Positions 39,530 through 48,822 are shown, numbered from the stretch's first letter. The stretch is DNA of 64,000 bases from an uncultured Sphingomonas sp. (GCF_913778135.1 NZ_CAJYVU010000046.1:3928-67927); one strand, 5' to 3'. Made by a program: numbers and translations. Notes: generated by a model not told the origin, from the letters alone.

Positions 39530-39910
39530 TCATAAGCAGCCGCCCATTCCGTAGCGACGCCAGTATGTGTCCCACCGTGTAGCAGCACCGGCGGCAAGCA
39601 TGGCGCATGACAACGAGCGACCATCCGGCAGCGTGCACTTGGCAACCACTCGCTTGTAGGAGCGGTCGACAGGCTGGCAGATCAGGCGCTTGTGGAGCGT
39701 GAGGCGCTGAGCAACCTGCTGGCTGGCAGCGGCCGCACGATCGTCACAGACGTAATTTGCGCGACCTGTGCGACATGGCTGCGCGCTTTCGTAGTCAGGC
39801 GCCTGGATACCCGCGACCCGTACCTTTATGCCATTGCGACACCAAAGCGGTCCGTCGCCGTCGTGAACTTTTACAACGTCACAGACGAAGGCTGGCGGTA
39901 GATCAATCAT
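39530..39910 (-). CDS. Thermonuclease (SNase) family protein
   Basis: VVKVHDGDG, VRVAGIQAPD, DRSYKRVVAKC, MLAAGAA. Confidence 0.8.
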   Translation of the reverse strand: MIDLPPAFVCDVVKVHDGDGPLWCRNGIKVRVAGIQAPDYESAQPCRTGRANYVCDDRAAAASQQVAQRLTLHKRLICQPVDRSYKRVVAKCTLPDGRSLSCAMLAAGAATRWDTYWRRYGMGGCL

Positions 39911-39964
39911 GCGTGGCACCTTGCACACAGCGACTCGGATTGTCGCTGAATGATGGAGAGAGAC

Positions 39965-40156
39965 ATGAAGCTTCTGCTTGCCGCGCTCACCGCATCCGCT
40001 CTGCTCACCGCTCCTGCACAGGCTGCTGCTTGCCGCGATGCGAAGGGCAAGTTCATCAAGTGCGCCGAGAAGACACCCGCGAAGGCGACCCGCTGCAAAG
40101 ACAGTAAGGGCAAGTTCGCTAAGTGCGGCACGCCAGGAGCAACGCCGGTCAAGTGA
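39965..40156 (+). CDS. Small secreted Cys-containing protein with duplicated motif
   Basis: Signal peptide, then CRDAKGKFIKC / CKDSKGKFAKC. Confidence 0.65.
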   Translation: MKLLLAALTASALLTAPAQAAACRDAKGKFIKCAEKTPAKATRCKDSKGKFAKCGTPGATPVK

Positions 40157-40245
40157 TCGAACCCGCCAGCCGCACATCGCAGGAACGATGGGGTGCGGCT
40201 GGCTGTTTTCGACCAAGAGCGCGCGAGGCGCCGGGAGATATGTGT

Positions 40246-40593
40246 ATGCGTAACAGATTGATGGGCATCTTTGCTGCCCTGGCAATGGTGTTGACAGGGT
40301 TTGGCGCGAGCGTCGCCCCGACCGACGCTTCGGCCCAGTCATACCGCTACGACAGGGGCTACTCCCGCAATCGTGGCTACAACCGCGGACGCTACTACGC
40401 GCCCCGTCGTGGGTTCCGCGGCTATCGTGGATACAGGGGTTATCGCGGATACCGTGGCGGCTATCGAAACCGCGGGTACCGTGGCTACCGTGGATACCGC
40501 GCTTATCGTGGGTATCGCGGCTATCGTGGGTATCGGAACTACCGCGGCTACCGTGGACCGCGTGGCTACTACGCCCGTCGCTACCGTTACTGA
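40246..40593 (+). CDS. Secreted low-complexity RGY-repeat protein
   Basis: Signal peptide, then many RGY tripeptides. Confidence 0.65.
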   Translation: MRNRLMGIFAALAMVLTGFGASVAPTDASAQSYRYDRGYSRNRGYNRGRYYAPRRGFRGYRGYRGYRGYRGGYRNRGYRGYRGYRAYRGYRGYRGYRNYRGYRGPRGYYARRYRY

Positions 40594-40738
40594 CATCCGG
40601 TCAGGGGTGTGATTTAGATCATACCCTTCACCTGCACCGGTAAGCCAAGTGTAAATACGCGCGCTCGACTCCTTCAATGCGTAAGGTAACTTCCAGCCTA
40701 CAGAGGCGTCATTTGCGCGCCAGGACGGGAGGCGCGCG

Positions 40739-41248
40739 ATGCGGCCGTTATACATGCTTGGTCTGCTACTCGTAGCGATCGTAAGTGCTGGTCCTGCATC
40801 GGCTGCGGTAACGACAGCCAATGTTAATTGCCGCTCAGCGCCCGAAGTATCGGGACGGCTGGTGTCCCGCATTCCCACCGGAACGTCGGTCACAATCATG
40901 TCTCGCCTCAGCAAGTGGTCGCTGGTCGATCGCATAAAGGCGGGCTGTTGGGTGCTTAGCCGCTATCTAGAAGATGACGCCGCAACCTCATCGAACTTCC
41001 GCATGCCAACCTACAGCGCGATTCGCGCTCGTTCGTCGTCACGAGCAATCCGCAGCCGTCCACGCTCGTATGCCTTTGGTTATTCAACGCCTCGGAAGTA
41101 TCGCCGGTCTTCCACATCTCGGCGTTCGCAAGGCTCCTTCTCCTATGGCGGCGGCTCCTGCCCTTGCTCGGGTGGGAACGTCTGCATAGGCCCGCGGGGC
41201 GGTCGTTACTGCATCACGAGCGGTGGAAATAAGCGATACGGCGTGTAG
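40739..41248 (+). CDS. Secreted SH3b-domain protein with Cys-rich C-terminal motif
   Basis: TTANVNCRSAP...GCWVLSRYL; CPCSGGNVCIGPRGGRYC. Confidence 0.7.
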   Translation: MRPLYMLGLLLVAIVSAGPASAAVTTANVNCRSAPEVSGRLVSRIPTGTSVTIMSRLSKWSLVDRIKAGCWVLSRYLEDDAATSSNFRMPTYSAIRARSSSRAIRSRPRSYAFGYSTPRKYRRSSTSRRSQGSFSYGGGSCPCSGGNVCIGPRGGRYCITSGGNKRYGV

Positions 41249-41305
41249 GTCCACGCCTTATCACGCCACATGCCCGGAACCAGTCTCGGCTGGATACGCT
41301 GATCG

Positions 41306-41704
41306 GTGATGTATCGCGTCATCTACGTTAGCCGATCCCTGATCGGTGGGCAGCAGGGCACCCTGACGAGCATTGTGCAGGCAGCCGCGGCCCGGAACAG
41401 GAGCGCGACCATCACCGGCATGTTGTGGTCGGATGATCATAATTTCGTTCAGGCGTTGGAAGGCGAGGAAGCGGCAGTGATGATCACCATGCAGCGCATC
41501 ATGGCGGATCACCGACACACAGACGTGGAGATGGTCGAGACACGGCCAATCCAAGCTCCCCGGTTCGGCGCATGGTCGATGATCGAGGCCGGGGAGAGCG
41601 CGCTTGGCGACGAGTGCGGGCTTTTCCTCGTCGGTCTTGCCGGAATGACAGGTACGCCCGCACGGCGGCGCATGCGCGAAGTCATAATGCGGTCACTGCA
41701 CTGA
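41306..41704 (+). CDS. Stand-alone BLUF blue-light sensor
   Basis: YRVIYVSRS, RN..ITGML, FVQALEG, RIMADHRH, RFGAWSM. Confidence 0.88.
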   Translation: MMYRVIYVSRSLIGGQQGTLTSIVQAAAARNRSATITGMLWSDDHNFVQALEGEEAAVMITMQRIMADHRHTDVEMVETRPIQAPRFGAWSMIEAGESALGDECGLFLVGLAGMTGTPARRRMREVIMRSLH

Positions 41705-41770
41705 GCCACATGGCAACTGAGTTATGACGCGCTTGTTTCAGCAGCAGCGTTTTTGACTGGACGCGATCAC

Positions 41771-42382
41771 TTAAGTTGCCTGACTTAATTGAGCGCTGTC
41801 GCTCAGCGTGTGGAAGTCCTCGATCGTCCTGTCATAATAATTGAGTTTAGGTGCTGCGAACACTGCCATATACAAAAGGCCGTTTACCAACGCTGCCCGC
41901 CCTTCGCCCCGCCGCGGCAAAGCATCGTTATCGATGTAGTCGAACGTGAAACGAATGCCTTCGCGACCAAGGAATTTGTCTGGCTTCGCTCCCGTCACGT
42001 TGAAGGTCGCGATGTCCTTGCCTGCCCGATAAGTGCCTTCAACCAATTCAGGTACTTCAACCAGTAAGGTTTCTTTAGTAAACTTAGGAAGAGGTTTACG
42101 CTTCTTACTCACCTCGCGGACTAGGGGTTTGCCCGGTTCGATACCGGCATAGAAGGTCACATCATTCAGCTCTTCACCATCCAGCGTCCAAGTTTCGGTG
42201 TTTTTACCGACCGCGACGCTCAGCTTGTTCCAGTCTCGTGCCGGTGTCACAGTCAGCGCGGAGTCAGCGATCTTCGCGGGCTGAGCCTTAGGCCGATAGC
42301 TGTTTGCGATAGCGCCGGCTGACGTGAACAAGATCGCTGTTGCAAGTGCGATCGGCAGGATGTGGATTTGGTTAGCACGCAT
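41771..42382 (-). CDS. Secreted/periplasmic hypothetical protein
   Basis: Signal peptide; 1-bp overlap with the M48 gene. Confidence 0.65.
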   Translation of the reverse strand: MRANQIHILPIALATAILFTSAGAIANSYRPKAQPAKIADSALTVTPARDWNKLSVAVGKNTETWTLDGEELNDVTFYAGIEPGKPLVREVSKKRKPLPKFTKETLLVEVPELVEGTYRAGKDIATFNVTGAKPDKFLGREGIRFTFDYIDNDALPRRGEGRAALVNGLLYMAVFAAPKLNYYDRTIEDFHTLSDSAQLSQAT

Positions 42383-43590
42383 TACTTGGCGTCCTTTTGA
42401 GCTAGCATGCTGATCATTGTGGCATCGGGGGCGTCTGGCCTAAGCGAAAGATAGCGCTGCAATGCTGCCTTCCCTTCGACTTGCCGCCCGGTCTTGAACA
42501 GCGATAGGCCTAGACCGCGTTGTGCTTCAGGAAGCGATGGATCAAGCGCCACAGCTTTGCCGTAGTAATCCGCAGCATTCATCAAATCACGCTGGTTGCC
42601 TCGACCACGATACAGATCGCCTCGCGCCCGCCAAAGGGGGGCTGTCCATCCTGTCTCGGCCAGCCGAGTTATGATGAAGTCGCTCCCTCCGAAGTCATTC
42701 AGCTTGATCTGGTCATCGAGGAACGTTGGCAGCCACGGAGCCAATGCCGCGGTGTATCGATCTGCTCCGTCGTCGCGGGTATCCCCATCGGGTGCTGCGA
42801 GGGCAAACAGGTAATCTGCCCGCTCACCATCGGCAGGATGGGACGCGAAGAACGCTACTCGATCAAAGTCAGGTTTGCGCAGCCCGCGTTCGCTTGCGGA
42901 TGCTTCACGCTCCAAGATGAGATTGCGCCACACGCGCGAAGCGGCACCAGGCCGCAGGGTGCTGCCGTTTAGGTAACCGAGACCAATCAGATCAGCCTCG
43001 CGCTCCTGATCGCGTCCGAAACGAGCCAAGCCACCCAACACCGACAGCTGCAGATTGTCGAAGCTGCCGTATGCACTCTGCGTGCCTGCCATAGACGTGA
43101 GCACCGCCGCCCAACTCATCAGGTCCGTGCCCTTCCGAGCAGCCTTATACTGCTGGAGCGTGTGTCGCTTTTCGAAGTGGCCAAACTCGTGACCAAGGAC
43201 GGCGCCTAGTTCAGCTTCACTGCGCACGCGCAGCAGCAAGCCGCTAAACACCTCCATCGTGCCGTTCGGCGTCATGCTCGCGTTAAATACAGGAAAGCGG
43301 ACGAGATAGACGCGCACCGATGCGCAGCGATCGGTGCCAACAGCGTTGCACAGCGCTTGGCGGACGTAAGCGTTGAGCTTCTCGTCGCGGATCAGCAGCG
43401 GAGAGTTGGCGAGCTTTCGTTCGTTTTCGTCCGCTTCACGCCAAAGGCCAATCTCGTCGACGCCCTGAGGTTGGTAAGCGCCAGCGTATGGAGCAGGCGG
43501 TGGAGCAGGCTGGACCTTTGGCTTTGTGGCGGCGCCAGCTGATCCAGCCAGGGTCAGTGCGGCGTAGAGCGCCAGTGCACGAAACTTCAC
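42382..43590 (-). CDS. M48 family metalloprotease with C-terminal TPR
   Basis: FNASMTPNG, ELGAVLGHEFGH (HExxH), QEREAD, SHP. Confidence 0.88.
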   Translation of the reverse strand: MKFRALALYAALTLAGSAGAATKPKVQPAPPPAPYAGAYQPQGVDEIGLWREADENERKLANSPLLIRDEKLNAYVRQALCNAVGTDRCASVRVYLVRFPVFNASMTPNGTMEVFSGLLLRVRSEAELGAVLGHEFGHFEKRHTLQQYKAARKGTDLMSWAAVLTSMAGTQSAYGSFDNLQLSVLGGLARFGRDQEREADLIGLGYLNGSTLRPGAASRVWRNLILEREASASERGLRKPDFDRVAFFASHPADGERADYLFALAAPDGDTRDDGADRYTAALAPWLPTFLDDQIKLNDFGGSDFIITRLAETGWTAPLWRARGDLYRGRGNQRDLMNAADYYGKAVALDPSLPEAQRGLGLSLFKTGRQVEGKAALQRYLSLRPDAPDATMISMLAQKDAK

Positions 43591-44351
43591 TTTCCTGCCT
43601 CGGTCGGGGCACTAGTGGGTGCAGCGACAATCGAACTGCCCGGGAATTCCTCAAGGAGCTGCGCCACGCGCTTATCGGCGCCTTCCGCCGTGCGCACATC
43701 TCCGCCCATCGCCCCGTCCGCGTTCAGCCAGAGCACGTCACCTGTTTTCAAGTCGATCAATCCGGCGTAGCCAGCATGTTCACCTGACTTTACCCCGATG
43801 CCGGGACCTAAAAGCGCAACAACTTGAAGCAGCTTGCGACCAGTCGAGCCGTAAGCATCCTTGTTGTAGATAAAGAGAGCGTAGTCAGCACCTTTGGCAC
43901 CCGGAAGCGCGGATACGCCAGAGCCGAGAGACCAATCGAATATATTCGCTTTGTTGTCGCGCTTCTTGGTTGGCAGCCTATTGCCCACGAAGAACTGATA
44001 GTTGATAACGGATCGGGACACAGCGGCAAAGAGTGCCGCATATTCTTCAGCCAAGCGCGCGTCGTCGCCATAAGCCTCTGGCGCGACGATCACCCTATTT
44101 CCAAGTTTCGTCTGAAGTTTAGCTAACGCGCCGTCGATGTTTTTGCGCGATTGCTCCGTCCAATCTCCATTTGGCTCGAACATGCCGCCTGTTGACTGCG
44201 CTCCCACCTTCACAGTTGGGCGCATGACCAGGATGGTCTTGCCGCTCGCAGCTTTGAGATCGAAACCGTTCTTCACGGCGGTTCGCTCCTGCGCGTTGGC
44301 AGGCATGATCACCATCGCAACGGCTGCCGCGGCCCCTGCAAGTAATTTCAT
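43587..44351 (-). CDS. Secreted hypothetical protein
   Basis: Signal peptide; first gene of a three-gene coupled operon. Confidence 0.65.
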   Translation of the reverse strand: MKLLAGAAAAVAMVIMPANAQERTAVKNGFDLKAASGKTILVMRPTVKVGAQSTGGMFEPNGDWTEQSRKNIDGALAKLQTKLGNRVIVAPEAYGDDARLAEEYAALFAAVSRSVINYQFFVGNRLPTKKRDNKANIFDWSLGSGVSALPGAKGADYALFIYNKDAYGSTGRKLLQVVALLGPGIGVKSGEHAGYAGLIDLKTGDVLWLNADGAMGGDVRTAEGADKRVAQLLEEFPGSSIVAAPTSAPTEAGK

Positions 44352-44529
44352 GCGAATAATCCCCCCCGAGATGGCGTCGGCTCCCCAGCCAACAGCTATA
44401 ATCTGCACAAGACCGACAATCTAACAAGATGCAGAAAGCCTAGGTGTAAATCTCGGCTTGAACTTTTCCCGAGACCGGCACGGTGCTCGTTCGACGGGTA
44501 CGCGTCCCGCAAGCAAGCCGTCTGAGCAT

Positions 44530-44645
44530 GTTAGTGGGTTTCAAGCCGCAGGCGCGATGCGTTAGTGGGTTCTACCCTATGGGTTTTTTGGAAACGCAGT
44601 GTCTTCACGAGACAGAATGTTAAACCGTCTTAGTGGGTCCGATTA
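44530..44645 (+). repeat. Right transposon end: three transposase-site-like motifs plus terminal IR
   Basis: GTTAGTGGGT at 44530 and 44561, CTTAGTGGGT at 44629; terminal GTCTTAGTGGGTCCGATTA (44627-44645). Confidence 0.85.
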
Positions 44646-44650
44646 AGATG
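44646..44650 (+). repeat. Right copy of target site duplication AGATG
   Basis: Identical to 14105-14109. Confidence 0.88.
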
Positions 44651-44699
44651 CACCGACCAATCTCCGTCGTGTTGTGCCAGCATAGGCGCCCGAACCTCG

Positions 44700-45848
44700 T
44701 CACGCACGCAGCAGGCCCGTCAGCGGCCGTTGCGCCGTCGCCTGCGCGAACAGGCCGCGCCTGACCCGTTCGGGATCGAGCGCCAGGCTCTCCGCGACGG
44801 CACCGGCAATGACCGCGTCGAGCGCGCTGGTCGGCCGCAGGTCGCGCGCTTCGTAGAGGCGGCCGGCGGCCAGGCCCGGCCAGTCGGCGATGACGCGTCC
44901 ACCCATCACGTTGCCACCAACCAGCATCGCGACCGAACCGGTGCCGTGATCGGTACCGCCGGTGCCGTTGAGCGCCGCGGTCCGGCCGAACTCGGTCGCG
45001 ACGAGCACCGTCGTCATGCCCCACGCCGCGCCCAGTCCGTCGCGCAGCGCCGCGACCAGCGCGTCCAAGTTGCGCAACTGCCCCGCGAGCCGTCCCTGTT
45101 GCGCGTTGTGCGTGTCCCAGCCGAGCGTTTCCAGCATCGCGATCCTGGGTCCGTTCGGTTTGGTGAGGAAGCTGGCGGTCAGCCGGCCGAGGCTGGCGGG
45201 ATCCTGCTTGGCGTCGAGATCGCCCGCCAGCCCGTTGGTCTCCAGCGCCGCCGCCCACGGTGCATGCAGCTGCGGGTCGGCATCGTATAGCGCGGTGACG
45301 CGCGTCATCAGGTCGTCCGCGGCATGCGGCAGCGCGGATGGCGCGTAGGAGGCAACCTGCACCGCGCCGCGCAGCGCGGTCGGCACCGTTGGCGCGATCG
45401 CGATCGCCTCTTCCGCCGATCGCGGCATTATCGCGACGAGCCGGTTCATCCAGCCGTCGCGCACCGCATAGGGCTGCGTGCCCCCGGTCTCGAGCACGTT
45501 CTGCCCGTCGAAATGCGAGCGATCGCGGTACGGCGAGGCGACCGCGTGGACGAACAGCGCCTGCCCCCGCGCATACATCGCGGCAATCTCGCTGAGCGCC
45601 GGGTGGAGCATGAACATGCCGTCGAGCTTCACGCCCGCCCCGCCATCACCGATCAACGCTTCACGCAAGGCTGCGAACGCCGGGTCGCCGACGGGGCGCA
45701 GGATGTCGAGCCCGTCGGCCGCGCCGCGCTGGATGATGAACACGAAGCGGCGTTCGGTCGGCACGGTGGCGAGCGCGAGGCCGGGCGCGACGAACAGCGC
45801 ACCGGCGCCGAGCGCGGCGGTGGACAGGAACTGGCGGCGAGCGATCAT
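44700..45848 (-). CDS. DUF1501 family protein (Tat-like signal)
   Basis: RRQFL, RGAADGL, RDRSHFDGQ, GWDTH, TEFGRT, GTDHG. Confidence 0.88.
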   Translation of the reverse strand: MIARRQFLSTAALGAGALFVAPGLALATVPTERRFVFIIQRGAADGLDILRPVGDPAFAALREALIGDGGAGVKLDGMFMLHPALSEIAAMYARGQALFVHAVASPYRDRSHFDGQNVLETGGTQPYAVRDGWMNRLVAIMPRSAEEAIAIAPTVPTALRGAVQVASYAPSALPHAADDLMTRVTALYDADPQLHAPWAAALETNGLAGDLDAKQDPASLGRLTASFLTKPNGPRIAMLETLGWDTHNAQQGRLAGQLRNLDALVAALRDGLGAAWGMTTVLVATEFGRTAALNGTGGTDHGTGSVAMLVGGNVMGGRVIADWPGLAAGRLYEARDLRPTSALDAVIAGAVAESLALDPERVRRGLFAQATAQRPLTGLLRA

Positions 45849-45852
45849 GCGA

Positions 45853-47283
45853 TCATCTCCTCAGGAAATCGGGCGACACCAGCATCAGCGCGATGGCGCC
45901 GGCCGGGCTTTCGGAGCGGGCGATCTGATCGGCCGTGCTCGCCGCCAGCGAGGCCGGCATGATCCGGGGCGCGACGACCCGCGCGTCGAGCGTCTGGCCG
46001 AGCGGCGCGGCGAGGCGCTGCGCGATCTCGACGCGGCGCAGCAGCGCGTCGGACGCGGCCCAGCTGGCGGCGGCATTGTCCCATCCCGCCGGCGTGCCGG
46101 GCCTCCACACCCGCTGGCCGAGCTGCGTCTGGAGCCCCGCGATCTGCATCGCACCGACGTCACGCCGCCCGGTGCCGCGCAGCGCGGAGATCGTCCACTC
46201 CCACGGCGTCTTGAACTTGGTCGGCGTCGGCACCCACGCCTCGGGCGAGGCGATCAGCGCGCGGTAGAGCGTCGGCAGGTCGCCGCCGTTGGCGGTGAAG
46301 CTTTTCGCCAGCCGCGCGACCAGCGCGGGCGGCGGATCGTCGCCGGCGAAATGACGTGCCAGCTTGGTCGCGATGTGCGTCGCGGTGGCGGGCGAGCGTG
46401 CGAAGTCCGCCAGGACCGCGCGCGCCTGCCCCTCGCCGCCTTCATCGTAGCGCTTGCCCAGGATCGTCCTGCTGCCGGGTTCGTGCTGGTTCGCGCGGAA
46501 CGCGAAACGGTTGGGATCGCCGCCTGCACCGCCCCACATGCCGCCCACCGACCAGCCGGTCAGCGCGCGCGCGAATTCGGTCACGTCGGCCTGCGTGTAG
46601 CCAGAGCGGACACCGAGCGTGTGCAATTCCATGATCTCACGCCCGAGATTCTCGTTCAGGCCACGCTTGCGCAGCGGATTGCGAGCGGCGTTGCGCAGCG
46701 CCGCGGGGCTGCCCGGACCGATCGACTGCGCCTGATTGAGGTAGATGAGCATCGCAGGATGCTGCTCGACCGCCAGCAGCATGTCGGAGAAGCGGCCGAG
46801 CACGTGCGGGCGGATCGCGTCGCGCTCGAACGCGGCGGCGAAGGCGGTGACGGGCGCGTTGTCGGCCGAGACGCAGAAATGGTTGGACCAGAAATGCACC
46901 ATCCGCTCGACGAACGGTGCCTCGGTCGCGAGTGCGGCATCGGCGCGTGCGCGAACGCCCTCGTTGTAGAGCGCCTGCACATCCTGCCGATAATCCTGCC
47001 GCGCCGCCTTCAGCGTGGCCTTCGCGTCGTCGGGCTGCGCCGTGCCGGGCGACGACGCGGCACGAGCCATCCTGGCCGTCTGCTGCTGCGCGCGATACCT
47101 GGCAACCAGTTCGCCCGCATCGGCAAGCGCGGCGAAGCGGGCCGGACGCGGATCGAAGCGGTCGAACTGCTGTGAAACCCACCGCGCCGGATCGCTCGGC
47201 GGCGCATCGTCCGGTCGCGCGCCCAGGCCGAAGCGGTTGAGCGCGATCGCGGCCGGGGACAGCTTGGCAGCCAAAACAGGCAT
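45853..47283 (-). CDS. DUF1800 family protein
   Basis: ERMVHFWSNHF, HPAMLIYLN, NENLGREIMELHTLGV, YTQADV. Confidence 0.9.
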   Translation of the reverse strand: MPVLAAKLSPAAIALNRFGLGARPDDAPPSDPARWVSQQFDRFDPRPARFAALADAGELVARYRAQQQTARMARAASSPGTAQPDDAKATLKAARQDYRQDVQALYNEGVRARADAALATEAPFVERMVHFWSNHFCVSADNAPVTAFAAAFERDAIRPHVLGRFSDMLLAVEQHPAMLIYLNQAQSIGPGSPAALRNAARNPLRKRGLNENLGREIMELHTLGVRSGYTQADVTEFARALTGWSVGGMWGGAGGDPNRFAFRANQHEPGSRTILGKRYDEGGEGQARAVLADFARSPATATHIATKLARHFAGDDPPPALVARLAKSFTANGGDLPTLYRALIASPEAWVPTPTKFKTPWEWTISALRGTGRRDVGAMQIAGLQTQLGQRVWRPGTPAGWDNAAASWAASDALLRRVEIAQRLAAPLGQTLDARVVAPRIMPASLAASTADQIARSESPAGAIALMLVSPDFLRR

Positions 47284-47378
47284 GATCTTGGCTCCGCTGA
47301 TTCTGTTGAAATGCAGGTGGCCGTCGATCAGCCGCCCGACTTCCTTGAACGGACGTATGCCGGTTTTCCGTCGCGCGC

Positions 47379-47825
47379 TTAATCGTTCGGCGCGCCCCGT
47401 CTCGTCGACCGCCGGGTCATCGCCTCGGCCAGTCTGGCACGGTCCGCCGCGGGCAGTTCAGCCGCGAAGGTCACCGCGCGCCGCTCGACCGCGGCGCGCA
47501 CCGCCGTGTCGGCCGCGCGTGCGGCGTCCAGCGCGGCGACGACTGCAGTCTGATCGACCGGATCTTGCCTGAGTAAATCGGCGGCGCGTGCCTTTGCCGC
47601 GCGCGACGCGTCGATCGTCGCGCGCATCGACTGCCGCGTCTGTCGCAGGGCGCGTCGGAACTGGCGTCGCTCGTCGGGCGGCAGCTCGGCACCCGCGATG
47701 CGCAGCGACCCCGCGTTCACCATCCGCTTGCCCGTGCGCAGCGACGCGTAGCCCGCGACCAGCGCGCCCGCGAGGAACAGGTTGAGCAGGACCGAGACGA
47801 TCAGCGCCAATCGGATACGGTTCAT
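47379..47825 (-). CDS. Periplasmic heavy-metal-sensor (ZraP/CpxP-like) protein
   Basis: LIVSVLLNLFLAG TM, then helical bundle. Confidence 0.7.
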   Translation of the reverse strand: MNRIRLALIVSVLLNLFLAGALVAGYASLRTGKRMVNAGSLRIAGAELPPDERRQFRRALRQTRQSMRATIDASRAAKARAADLLRQDPVDQTAVVAALDAARAADTAVRAAVERRAVTFAAELPAADRARLAEAMTRRSTRRGAPND

Positions 47826-47828
47826 CTT

Positions 47829-48233
47829 CTAGCCCTCCATCCCGGCCACGTCGCCGAACGAGGTGCTGCCCGCCGCCATGTCGACCGGCGGCGCGATCGC
47901 AATCGCGACCGCGGCCGTGCCTGCGACCGCGCCGGCGAGCGTCGCGGCCAGTCCGAAGCCCGACCACCACCAGTGCTGCCGAACCCGCGCGGTGCGGGTG
48001 CCGACCGCGGCCTGATCCGCGACACGCGCTGCGAGCCCGGCTGCCGGCGCCGGTACCGTCCAAGAGTCGAGCCGCGCGTCGAGCGACATCGCGTCCGCCA
48101 GGATGACGCGCCCTTCTGGGGTCGAAGCCACGCGCGCCGCCGCCGCGCGGTACGTGATGGGCCAGCGCGCCACCACGCCGCCATAAGCGTCCGCCAAGTC
48201 ACGGAAACGATCGAGATCGAGCGGATCAGTCAT
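47829..48233 (-). CDS. Putative anti-sigma factor
   Basis: RFRDLADAYGG...WP, single TM, directly after the ECF sigma. Confidence 0.65.
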   Translation of the reverse strand: MTDPLDLDRFRDLADAYGGVVARWPITYRAAAARVASTPEGRVILADAMSLDARLDSWTVPAPAAGLAARVADQAAVGTRTARVRQHWWWSGFGLAATLAGAVAGTAAVAIAIAPPVDMAAGSTSFGDVAGMEG

Positions 48234-48786
48234 CTTGCCTGCTTTCCTGCGACGGCATCAGCCGCGTGCGCAACGTACGTCTTCCCCGCGCCAGCAATGA
48301 TTCGAGCGCCTCGATGCTGACGCCCAGCGCCTCTGCGGCCTCCGCGCCGGAGAGATCCTGATAGTGAACCAGCAGGATCGCCTCGCGCTGCCGCTCGGGC
48401 AGTTGCGCGATTGCGGCCGCGACCTGCGCTCCTCGCTCCGCCACCAACAGCGCGGCCTCCGCGTCGGGCGCGGGGTCCGCGAGATCGGGCACCGCGTCGC
48501 TCGTCACCTCGCGGCGGCGGCGCAGCCGGTCGCGGCACAGGTTGAGCACGACGGTGTGCAACCACGTGTCGACGCGCGCGCGATCCGGCTGCCACGTGCC
48601 CGCGACTCGCCACACCCGCGCAAACGCCTCCTGCGCCACGTCCTCCGCCGCCGCGCGGTCGCGCAGCATCCGCGTGGCGAGCGCCAAAATACGCGGCAGC
48701 TTGGCCGACACGAGCAGCCGCGTCGCGGCCGCATCGCCGCGCCCTATCCGCGCGATCAGGTCCGCGTCGGGATCGCTCCCGCTCAA
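48226..48786 (-). CDS. ECF sigma-70 factor
   Basis: AEDVAQEAF, WLHTVVLNLCRD, LPERQREA, ESLLARGRR. Confidence 0.9.
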   Translation of the reverse strand: MSGSDPDADLIARIGRGDAAATRLLVSAKLPRILALATRMLRDRAAAEDVAQEAFARVWRVAGTWQPDRARVDTWLHTVVLNLCRDRLRRRREVTSDAVPDLADPAPDAEAALLVAERGAQVAAAIAQLPERQREAILLVHYQDLSGAEAAEALGVSIEALESLLARGRRTLRTRLMPSQESRQDD

Positions 48787-48822
48787 GCCTGCCCGATGCC
48801 CACGCCGCCGCGCGTCGTCACG

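Larger units (their letters stand above)
14110..44645. mobile_element. Tn7-like transposon (TnsA-TnsB-TnsC-TniQ/TnsD), 30,536 bp, inserted downstream of tRNA-Phe
   Basis: Terminal inverted repeats 14110-14128 and 44627-44645, flanking AGATG direct repeats, internal tns operon, visibly more AT-rich sequence than the flanks. Confidence 0.92.

Noticed and set aside
40360-40590. Possible CRISPR array or CAST system
   Set aside because: The repeats are in-frame 9-bp coding units with no spacers; no cas genes or repeat-spacer array seen in the window
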